Positions 53,300 through 64,000 of a stretch of DNA of 64,000 nucleotides are shown in pieces; the stretch's first letter is position 1; each line of letters starts with the position of its first letter. Source of the DNA: Nageia nagi (taxonomy: Eukaryota; Plantae; Pinophyta); contig JBITNC010000001.1 in NCBI GenBank assembly GCA_050084985.1, positions 193,006,001-193,070,000 on the forward strand, written 5' to 3'. A model generated the notes under the pieces. That model did not search any database. It was not told where the DNA came from and saw nothing but the letters and a program-made list of their open reading frames with translations. The position numbers and the translations under genes are program-made.

Positions 53300-55030
53300 A
53301 GTATCCCCCTATATGTATAGTTCTATCATGTGGATGGGAGGTCGCATGCAATGAGTTCGCTGCATGCATATTCCTAGAGGCCTCGTGTATGCCATGTGTC
53401 CCTTGGGTCCATCTATGTGAACTCAAAGGGATGTATGGTAGTGAATCACCATTTGTATGAAATATACCTTATAAATTACAATCCCCCTATGCTAAGTATC
53501 CAACCAATGGCTCAGACTCACCATAGTCTATGACATCATCATCTCTCTTTGAATAGGCTTGAGACTTTTTGGTGGCCTAGTATCTAGCCTCTTGTTGTGC
53601 TCCTACTCATGCTACTCTAGAGCTTGTACTTTATAATGGAGCTTAGCATCTTAGAGTTGAATATATTACTCCTACTTCTTGCTCTTCTTTAGGCTATGCT
53701 CTCTTTCTATAAGCTAAAAATATCACTCTACTAGATAGCTCTCAAGGTTTGCTATCCTCTACTCTGTTATCTCTAACCTAGGATTGGCTTTCCCCATTGT
53801 ACCTCCCTCATCATACTAGGGGGATATCTATCTATGCCTAAACTATATTTATAAGGGCTCACCATCATCCTCCATATCATCCTTGATCCACTCAATATAT
53901 CAAGGAATCCACCATCTAGTTTAGACCTTTGTGTTGCCTACATCATCCTAGGATCCTACCTCCTCATCATCACTATCAACCTCCTCATCATCACTATCAA
54001 CCTCCTCATAGGTATCTTGGTATATGATACATAGCTTCCTATATCTACCATTTAATATACTATAAACCATTGAATTAATAGGTACATCTTGTATCTTCCC
54101 AAAGTGTATGAGTACTCGATGATACTTAAAGAACTCTATCCAATCCCTATGGATCCTCACTCATCTTACTCATTTGGGATGAGCTAGCTATATTCTATCC
54201 TCATACCAAGAAAGGTCACCTCTATACAACCTCTAGATCATGTATTTGGTATGTAGTCTCTTAAATATATGTCTAAAATATGCCACCTAATCACCTCTCA
54301 TGTATCTAGTCTTGGGATCATGGTGATATCCTATGTGCATCATGTAGGGATACTCTATGTTAGGATCCTCAAAATAAAGAGCATCATGAGTGTGTACATC
54401 AAAATGTAGACCTACTGGTTGCATCATTGCTATATGCTATCATCCCCACAACTAGAAAAATAGTGAAGATATCCCTATGTAGACCCCTATCTCCATCTCC
54501 CATAACTCATAGTAGAGCTAACCTAGGAAGGCTAGTCCCCATGCAAATACCTAACCATCCTCCCTCATCTCCCTCAAAACATGACATAACTTCCAATGAA
54601 CCTACAACTTAAAGCATCTTGTAGTATAAAAAACATGATAACCATCATCACAAAGCATGTCAATCTATATATGATCCCTGTATAATATGCATGATCATAG
54701 TAGAATCCTCATTTATACCATTGTAGCAGATGGTAGTGATGGTCAACTATCTTGATGGATGCTATGTCTCTCCCCACCTTGTTTGATAATCCAATTACCA
54801 TTGTTCTCTCCATTATAATATTGAGAATCTATCAGATATATTTTAGAGTCACAATACACTCCCCAATAAGCAAATGAAAAGTGTTGATAGAAGAGTCCCA
54901 TCACTCACACAAGGCTGTAATGCACCTAGAGTTCACCACAACCTTGTGTATCATGCTAGTGTATCCTAACCCCATGTTGTGTAACCACATCCACTCAAGT
55001 ATCAACATCTTAGGCTATAAATGCACATAG
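53300..55030 (-). pseudogene. Aminotransferase-like Plant Mobile Domain (PMD) gene remnant, antisense in the Tat 3' region
   Basis: Minus strand reads CITALCE*WDSSINTFHLLIGECIVTL (PMD ERW..TFHLP.GE.T.TL signature) and HRVLIHFGKIQDVP, followed by acidic EEVDSDD repeats. Confidence 0.75.
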
Positions 55031-57449
55031 AGCTTGAAAAACCAATGTAAAATGTATAGTATCTCATCCAAATGTAAAGCCAATAAAGAAAAATATTTCA
55101 ATCATGTTACCATTCATGAGAACTAGTTTATCTATCTCAACTACCAAGGTTGCATTCATAAGTATTCCAAAATATTTTTGCCTTCATTATGATGTCATCT
55201 CCTCTGAAAATGGTATGTCATCACATCCAAATGTTGCCAAGTATACATTTATATCAAGAGTGCTCCAAACTAAATAAATAGTTTTTGTAAACAAGGTATG
55301 TCCCAATTCACATTGGGGCAACTTATACCTAGCATCACAATACCAAAAAATGTTAAATGACATTCAAAACATTTGCTTACATGGTAAAATTTGTAAATTC
55401 TCCCAACAATGTCCATGAGGTGTTCAAAATTTACAAGAGCATGACTACCAATTGTTGCCTTAGGGGAAACCATGCTAACAACTTGGATGATACATTTACC
55501 TCACAAATTCACAAAGTTTATGCTATTTAGTAAGCAAGTGTGCAATAAAAATGAGATTACATATTTGATGAAATTATTTTGCAAGAAAAGTAAATTTACA
55601 TTCAACATGACTAATTACCAAATTTTGCATAGTTACATTCAAATAAACAAGAAATCTATATTTTTTGGTGTAAAATCAACTTTGAGTATCTTATGACACC
55701 ATCCAACAAATTCCTAAAGTTAAAACAACCAACTTGAATTTTTTTCCTCAAAAATTGTCAAAATTAAGTTTTTTGGATAAAAAATTGATCAAACTTACAA
55801 ACTTTGATAAAATTATGTAAAAATAGGTTTAATTAAGTTTACAAAGTGTTAAAACCAAGAAATAACCCTCAATAGTGTTCAAACATGCAATTTAAAGGTT
55901 AAATTTTTGTGAAATAAGCCAAATGGGGCCCAAAAGGGGCTACATGCTAGGTGCAATGTACCTATGCCTAGGTGCAATGTGCTTAGGGGCCTGTGCCCTA
56001 GGCACAGTGGGACTAGCCTAAGGTCCAAAAGTGGATCGCACTTAAGGTTTGAGAGTGAAAAAATTACATAAAATGCTAAAAATACTCCATTTTTCATGAA
56101 ATGAAGTTCATAGTTTACCTAATTAGGGTCAAATAACTAGGTGGGTTCCTCTTTGTTTTAAGATTTGATGTCCGAATTTGGAGATATTTACAAAATTTGA
56201 ATCTAAAAACCCTTGTTTCATATCTTTTAAAGGGAGAAATCATGTTTTTAATTGAATTGATCAATTTTCCATGAATTTGGATCTATGGAAAGGTTATACA
56301 TGGTAAACAATTAGGTGGGAATCAAATGGATTTTGAATTTGACTGTTCATTTGAGCACAAAGAGAAAAATATTCTCTCAAATCCTCTTGTTGGGAATTTT
56401 TTGAAATTCAAATGTCTTTTGATTCAGTTCATTTTAGAAGATTCCATTTCAACGGATTTTTTCTATCATCTAAATGTTTAGTTTGTGTGTTTGTACAACC
56501 AGATTGAGGTAGTTTGGATTTTAAACAAGAAAATGCACAATTTTGCACTATTTTTTATTACATAAAAAATGGGTAATTTATGTTTTTGAGTCTACATGAA
56601 ATCCTAGGCATGGTTGATCGATGGCTATTTGAGCTAGAGATACATCACTCACTGCAATCTTAATCACTTACTCACTTTCCACCAAAATTCCACCTTTCAC
56701 ATGTAACAAGTGAGGTAAAAAAGGGTAATTTTTCTTACTTATTTACCTCTTTTTGACTATTTTTAAGTCAAAATTTGAGTTTTTAGCTCATGCGTGGGCC
56801 CAACCTTGTTCCAAATTGTTCAAATTATATTTTTTCACCTATATTTTACTGCAAAATTATATTGGGGTAAAAAAAAAGGAGATAAAAAACATTAAATGTG
56901 CAACATTTTTCATAATCATCACACACAACTTGCTTTTTCGATTGATTTTGTAATGATCATTGTGATCAATACAATATCAATAGAGAGGGGGGGGCAGGTA
57001 CCATATGATTGTTCAAATGTTTTTGAATTTATTTTTACAAAAAGTGCAAAACATTCAAAATTTTACCTTGAAAAATATGTCTTATTACAAAAATTGCAAA
57101 ATTATTCGAAAATTCTTTCAAAATAGCAAAATTGTTCAAAGCTACCTAATTTCCACCTGATATCAAAATTTTCAAAATACAAATGGTTCAAATTGTGCAA
57201 ATTTCTAAATTGTTTAGCAAGAGTACATGCTTTCTAGTAATTCTATGTGCTTACTTTATCACAAACACTTTGCATAAGTTTGATGCGTTTGATCGTCAAA
57301 TACTATATAAGTGGTTCAAAATCCTACTTCCACGAATACATTGCTTAGCATTTGAATTTGACAAATACTACATTCAAATTGCTACTCATATTATGAATAC
57401 TACAATCTAGAGCTAACCTTATGAATTTGATGATGGAGCTCCCAATACA

Positions 57450-58700
57450 ACGTCTAGCTTCACCTAATCCATTTCTATAGGAATATCAAAACTATTAATA
57501 TTAAAATGAATCAAATTAAGCAATTTATGTAAGAAAATATTAGATGCTTATGCTTTTATTCCAATGCCTTCATCTCATCCCCAATAGCCATTTGTTTCAC
57601 AAAAAACTCTAGTAATGTATCCATAATTATGTTAGAAGTTCTTTATATAATCTCTTTCTAATCTTCTACCATTGCACTAATTGTACCTTAATGTCCTCCA
57701 TTTTTTAGGGGAGTTTCTTTAGATGTTTAGAACTTGGGCATTTGAATTATTTGTAATGGATGTAAATCCTTAAAAAACTTACATACTTTAGCTACCAATA
57801 TGCTTATGAACCTTTCCTCTTCTCTCCCCATTTCATTTAAGGTCAAGATTGCATTAGTCATTGATTACACTTCCTCCTAGGATTCCATAGGAAAACTAGG
57901 TACCTAGAGGGTACTCAACTTATTTATCTTTCCTATGGCTTAGTTTGCCTCAGGGACCTTTTCTTTTAGAAAAGCCTTAACCTCCTTAAAAATAAGTTCC
58001 TTCCTGATGATTACCTCTTTGACAAATTATATAAAATATTAGATTAAATTTATATCCTTTACATCCTTAGTAATGTCCCTCCACAACTTTATATTCATAT
58101 GAGTTACCATAATTATATCAAAAGATAAGGGGTTAACCACTTGTTGAACTATGATTGGTTGGGCTTCTTATATTAATAATATGGCCTTAGATTCAACATA
58201 AATTTATTATAATATACTCTTTTTTTCTCATCTCTCTGACTATTTATAGAAACTTTGCATCCTTTATACTCGTGATGACCTTTAACTCTTCCTACTCTAC
58301 TTCTAAGGCTTACAACTTATCTTCGAGTTGTTGGACATGAATTCTTTTTGTACATGTTGCTCTTTTGACCATCACTTATTTAATATTTAGGGATAACTAG
58401 TGATTAGCCTTATTCACATCCTCCTTAGTTATCTTGATCTCCTAGTTTTTAGTTTCGAACTTAGCATCTTTGTCCTTTAATGCTTTTGATGAAGGGTATG
58501 CATTCAATATTTCTTGCAATATCTCTATTTGAACCTTAAGAGATTTGAACTAATTTTGGTTATCTGTTAACCTTTTTTCTTCATTTTATTACTTTTCCTT
58601 CTTCTTATTATACTTGAATTCAAAATGATATGTATTAAAATTAATCAGGTCCAACCCCTCCATAAAAATTCACTCTTGTCCTCACAACTTGCCTTTCCAT
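57450..58700 (-). mobile_element. Very old gypsy (Athila-like) gag-protease remnant
   Basis: Minus strand reads MNIKLWRDITKDVKD....FVKEV, with an NAILDL protease-like motif near 57845. Confidence 0.45.
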
Positions 58701-59384
58701 ATTTAATTTAGAATATTGTATCTACAACTTGATATGGGTCTTGACATGGTTGCAACTCTTTGGTAACAATAATATGCCATTCCTTTTACCACATATTCTA
58801 TGATGTTTTTACATGTACTTGACTCTAGATAGGATGAATCTATTTATGTATTTTCTCAAATCATGGGCTCGTTAATGCCTTCATCTTATCATATTCCTTG
58901 TATGTATCATTGAGGCTAAGAGTCTATCCTTCTAAGTTATCATGTGGAATAATACTAAGGGTTGCATTAGATAAAGGGGTACCAAAATAAATGGGTGTTC
59001 TATTACTTCTTGAGGAGAATACATTAGTCCTAATACATGAATGAGTAGTGACTAATGTGCTTAAGGTGGTTTCATATTTATCTTTAAAATTTTTATGGGA
59101 AAAGGGATCAATATTTCCACTCACTTCACTATGAGTGATAACATCAATTATCAATGGGGAGTAATGTGGGCTTATTTACTTGTTAGGGGATATATGCTCT
59201 TCTTTCCTTTACCACTTCCCTAATTCATTTCTATGCAATCCATTTATCAATAATACTCCATGCCAAATATCCAATTTGTGACATAGAAAGGGAGTCGCAA
59301 AGATCTTCTAGCATAAATTTCAACCTACATAAGGGATTACAAGTAACCTAGTACTTTGGTATGAAGAAAGGAGAGTAACACTTA

Positions 59385-60380
59385 AGGAATGAAAATTACT
59401 TAACAAGATGCATGATGAAGACATAAGTTGGACTATAACGATTAGAGGATAAATGCACAAAATATATATGTTGAAAGGGATCATGACTTGTTTGAAAAAA
59501 TGCCTCATCAAGATGCAATATCATGGAATCCAATGATCCTAGGATATGCACAAAATTGATATTATGAAAATACTCTAGTAAATTTTAAATAAATGTAATT
59601 ATTATGTGTAAAGATAAACTTTGCAACCTTTTCCAATAGTGTTACAATACATACCACCATGGGAGCTCTCAAAAAAGGTATGAACATCCATTAAAGAGTA
59701 GGTGAAAATGGATTCTCATTGAATGTTATAGTTGTGAACACCCTAATAGACATGTACACAAAATGTAGAAGAATATGTGAGGCCCAAGAATTGTTTGACA
59801 AGATGCATGATGCACATACAATTTCATAGACTATAATGATTGGAGGATATGTAATTCATGGCTATTGTAAGTATGCCTAGTGGATGATGGTATAACCTTT
59901 GTATGTGTTTTATTTGCATGCAAGGATTTATGTATAGTGGATCATGGCCATAAATAATTTAATAACATAAGTAACATTTATTGCATTATTCATTGTATGA
60001 ATAATTATACATGCATTGTACCTTCTTGGTTGTGCATCCTATCTTGAGAAAGCTTTAAAATTTATTCTTAAGATGCACATAAAACCACAATTGGATGTAT
60101 GGATGTGTTTTATTGGTGCTTGTAGATCATATAATAATGTAGGAATAGGGGAATATGTGACAACAATAATTTTGTTTATTGAAGCCTAGAAATGCTTCAT
60201 CTTATGTTCTTTAAAATAATTATTTTGAATTGGGCATCTCAGATGTTGTTCAAAGAGTAATGAAATTGATGAAATATTCCTGAATAAAGAAGATACCTAT
60301 AAGTACTTGGATTGAAGTTGACAAAGGGATACATTCTTTTCTTATAGGATACAAATCATACCCACAAACACATGATATCA
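59385..60380 (+). pseudogene. PLS-class PPR pseudogene with E/E+ domain
   Basis: Reads LFEKMPHQDAISWNPMILGYAQN, NTLIDMYTKC..AQELFDKM, GITFVCVLFAC, MHIKPQLDVWMCFIGACRSYNN and KKIPISTWIEVDKGIHSFLIG..YPQTHDI. Many stops and frameshifts. Confidence 0.88.
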
Positions 60381-60399
60381 ATATGATATATGCCAAATA

Positions 60400-61085
60400 T
60401 AATACCTATATTTTTTAATACTATGATTTCAACTTATGGATATTTGTGAAAGATTTATTTTTTAATACTACCATTTTATAGTATTGAACTATTTTTTAGG
60501 AATCCTATACAATTATAGAGTGATCCCATAGTTGTATTGCAATTAGAAAAGGATCCATGCATAACAAGAAAGCAAGGATACTATAGTTGTATTACAGGTA
60601 GGCAAGGATACCATAGTTATATTTAATACCATGATTCTATAGTTATATTCTAGGTAGTTAAAGATCCATGTATAACAAAAAGGAAAGGATTTTGTAGTTT
60701 TATTGCAAGAATATAAGGATCATGTAGTTGTATTGGCTACCATGATCTTATTATTTTATTGCAAGTAGGAAAGGATCCATTCATAATAGGCAAGAAAGGA
60801 TCCATAGTTGTATTGACTACCATGATCCTATAGTTGTATTATAGGTAGACAAGGATCCATGCATATAAGGTAGGTAAGGAACCCATAATTGTATTATAGG
60901 CAAGAAAGGATCCCATAATTGTATTAACTATGATGAGCCCATAGTTGTGTTGACTACCATTATCCCGTAGTTGTATTGCAAGCATACAAGGATCTATGCA
61001 TAATAGGAAGGCAAGGATCCCATAGTTGTATTGAATACTATGATCCTATAGTTGTATTGTAGGTAGATAAGGATCCATGCATAAC
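60400..61085. repeat. Complex minisatellite of ~27-30-bp modules
   Basis: Recurrent GATCCCATAGTTGTATTG, ACTACCAT and GTAGGCAAGGATCCATGCATAA modules. Confidence 0.88.
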
Positions 61086-61710
61086 AACTTGATAGATATG
61101 TATACAAAATGTGGGAGCATTAATACGATAAGGGTTTTATTTGAACAAAATGGGGTATGGAAAAATAACTAGATGTGGGTTTCTTTCACATGAAATTATG
61201 ATAACAACCCTCATAGACATGCAAAATATGGTAGCATTAATACAATAAGGGTTTTGATTAAACAAAATGGGTCAAGGAAAAATAACTAGATGTTGGTTCC
61301 TTTTGCATGAAATTGTGATAACAATCTTAATAGACATGTATATAAAATGTGGGAGCATTAATATGTAAAGGGTTTTATTTGAACAAAATGGGGCATGGAT
61401 AAATAACTAGATGTGGGTTTCTTTTGCATGAAATTATGATAACATTCTTGATATACTTGTATGCAAAATTTGGGAGCATTAAGATGCTAAGGGTTTTTTT
61501 TAAACAAAATGGGGCATGGAAAAATAACTATATATGTGTTTCTTTCACATGAACTATGAAAATAACTCTGCTAAACATGTATGGAAAATGGGGCATGGAA
61601 AAATGGGATTTTGGGAATGGAAAAATAACCATATGTGGATTTCTTTCACATGAAACTATGATAATAACATTTCTAATCATGTATGCAAAATAGAGCATGG
61701 AAAAAATGAG
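61081..61710 (+). repeat. 121-bp tandem repeat derived from a PPR L/S motif (about 4 full copies plus partial copies)
   Basis: Anchors at 61111, 61228, 61349 and 61470. The unit translates as HGKITRCGFLSHEIMITTLIDMYTKCGSIN..RVLF, with a 1-nt frameshift per unit. Confidence 0.88.
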
Positions 61711-62339
61711 GTTTTGTTTGCTTCATACCTTGACTAGCTAGTGATGGACCCATCCACATTGTGCTTCATTCTTTCTATGCCTTCGTTGCCCTCTTTTCTT
61801 GGGTTTGCTATAATTTAATTACTGGTATCATATTACACCAAAAAATATTATATGGTTGTGTTGGGTATTTAGATGAAGCAAAAGATAATGCTATGACTTT
61901 GTACCTTGATCGATGTGGTGATGGAGTCATCCTCATCCTCTTTTCCTATAGTTTAGTACCCTCATCAATTTGTAGGATATGGTGATAGATACTTTCCTAC
62001 TCATTACCCTCTTCATTTGGATCTCCTAGTGATCTATCAGAGTGAGCTCTATCAAGGGGAGTGGGAAGTGCCAAACAAAGTTTAGGTAAGCCACCAAATT
62101 TTACAATGTAACTACCCATTTTTTTTTTTGAAGGTGGTTAATGTTTATAGTTCTTATGAACTACCATTATATTACATTTTAGGTCAGTTCATTACCACCA
62201 TAAAAAATCACCTTATATATTCATAAAATGACAATTCTAAATAACTTATCAAAAATACCATTTATCGTAATATAAAATGGCAATTTTAAGCCATCATTAG
62301 GTAACCATTGTAAATTAGTTATCTTAGAAGCCCAATTTT

Positions 62340-64000
62340 GATATAGTGTATTTGTAATGCTTCTATTCCTATTAAGGAATTCACAACCATAGCATAAAAT
62401 GCAAAACCATTTTCAACTACTCTTTAAAGAATGTTCATACCTTCTTATAGAGATCTTGTGGTGGCACATGTTGAAAGAATGCTAGTAATGGCTACAAAAT
62501 TTGGCTTTACATCTAAAAATTGCATCTACTTAAAAGTATTTAGATACTTTTTAGAAAACTAATTTTGTGCATATTGTGCAATCATTGCATTCCATGACAC
62601 TGTGTTTAGATGTTATTAAGCAACTCTTAAGCCTTGTGTATTTTTCCAAATTTTGCATACATTCCTATCATGGCTCTCACAACCATAACATTTGATGCAA
62701 AACCATTTTCAAATACTCTTTGATGGATGTCCATACCTTATTCTAGAGCTCCCATGGTGGAATATCCTAGAAGAATGTTGGAAATGGTTACAAATTTTAG
62801 ATTTACATCTAATAATTACATCATATTAACAATCTCTAGAGCCTTTTTAGCAAACCAATTTTGTGCAAAGTTTACAATCATTGTATTCCATGAAATTTTA
62901 TCTACATCTTGTTAAACAATTCTTAGGCCTTATGTATTCTTCCATATTTTACATACATTCCTATCAAGGCTTTCAAAACCATAATATTCAATGGAAAACC
63001 ATTTTCAACTACTCTTTGAAAGATGTCCATACCTTCTTCTAGAGCTCTTGTGATGGCACATGCTAGAAGAATGTTGGAAAAGGTTATAGAGTTTGGCTTT
63101 ACATCTGATAATTTTATTTGCTTAAAAGTATCTAGAGCCTTTTAACAAAAATAATTTTGTACATATCCTATGATCAATTTTTTTTCATAAAACTATCTCT
63201 GCATCTTGCTAAATAATTTTTGATCCTTTTGTATTATTCAACATTTTGTATGCATGCCTATTAGGAGTTTCACAACCATAATATTTAATGTAAAACCATT
63301 TTTAACTACTCTTTGACAAATGTCCATACCTTCTTCTAAAGCTCCCATGGTGGCACATGCTGGAATAATGTTGGAAAAGGTTACAAATTTTGGCTTTACA
63401 TCTAATAATTGCATTTGCTTAAAAGTATTTAGAGCCTTTCAGAAAACCAATTTTATGCATATTTTATGATCCTTACATTCAATGAAATTGTATCTGCATC
63501 TTGTTATACAATTCTCAAGCCTTGTGTATTCTTCCATATTTTGCATAATTTATATCAAGGATTTCACAACCATAACATTTGTTATAAAATCATTTTCAAC
63601 TACTCTTTGATGGATGTTCGTACCTTATTCTAGAGTTCCCATGGTGGCACATGCTAGAAGAATGCTAATAAAGGATACAAAGTTTGGATTTACCTCTGAT
63701 AATTGAATTTGCTTAAAAGTATTTGGAGCCTTTTGATAAAACTAATTTTGTGCATATCCTACGATCATTACATTCCATGAAACTATCTTTACATCTTGTT
63801 AAATAATTATCATTCCTTGTGTATTCTCCCATATTTTACACACATGGCTATCAAGGCTTTCACAACCACAACATTCAATGTAAAACCATTTTCAATGACT
63901 CTTTGAAATGTGTCAATACTTTCTTCTAGATATCCCATGGTAGCACATGCTAGAAGAATGTTGATAAAGGTTATAGAGTTTGGATTTACATCTAAAAATT
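62340..64000 (-). repeat. ~296-bp tandem array of a whole P-L-S PPR triplet (at least 5.5 copies, runs off the window)
   Basis: Anchors at 62407, 62703, 62999, 63296, 63590 and 63886. The minus-strand consensus reads DTVSWNAMIVGYAQN..KAL.TFKQMQL.DVKPNFVTFSNILLACATMGALEEGMDI.QRVVENGF.LNVMVVKALIGMYAK.GRIHKA.ELFNKM. Confidence 0.92.

Larger units (their letters stand above)
37079..56996 (+). mobile_element. Large decayed Tat/Ogre-type Ty3/gypsy retrotransposon with nested insertions
   Basis: Gag at ~44350-44700 (FEMPKIDKF..DPKE). Protease RVLVDGGSTINV at ~45910. RT at 47400-48400 (WISNPMIVPKPDGRIKICTDFRD, SLMDGF, MPFGLKN). RNase H, then a second archaeal-type RNase H (MYFDGS..NNNAKYEALILGL, ~48970-49350). 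Integrase at ~50870-52050. PPT-like AGAGAGGGGGGGGCA at ~56982-56996. Outer boundaries are uncertain and no matching 3' LTR was seen. Confidence 0.8.

Noticed and set aside
56997-57400. 3' LTR of the Tat element
   Set aside because: No visible match to the candidate 5' LTR (~37079-38042) after the PPT-like tract.

Overview
AT-rich, transposon-dense nuclear DNA from a seed plant. It is most likely a gymnosperm/conifer, inferred from the PLS-PPR style and the retroelement families. There is one intact host gene, CCT2/TCP-1 beta (11 exons, 527 aa, 11558-20268), and it contains a U12-type intron. Three members of one Ty1/copia clade are present: a decayed near-full-length copy (40-9097), an internal-deletion derivative (26203-28591) and a non-coding LARD-like copy (38894-42969, minus strand). 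Other mobile DNA includes a 3'-truncated LINE, a decayed L1, chromovirus-like and Athila-like gypsy remnants, a large Tat/Ogre-type gypsy with an extra RNase H and an antisense PMD gene, a solo LTR and a local duplication. The right end holds a PLS-E PPR pseudogene and PPR-derived tandem arrays. The most unusual signals are: (i) a 7-unit hairpin array in the copia 3' UTR that shows compensatory base changes, carries a GTRAGT splice-donor motif in every stem and is closed by a long-range helix conserved in a sister element; (ii) a probably intronic 3.4-kb copia leader carrying a mosaic of PPR-gene fragments; (iii) a triplicated U12 branch point/acceptor in CCT2; (iv) a fold-back repair scar at the truncated LTR. 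All calls come from manual reading, and boundaries of the decayed elements are approximate.
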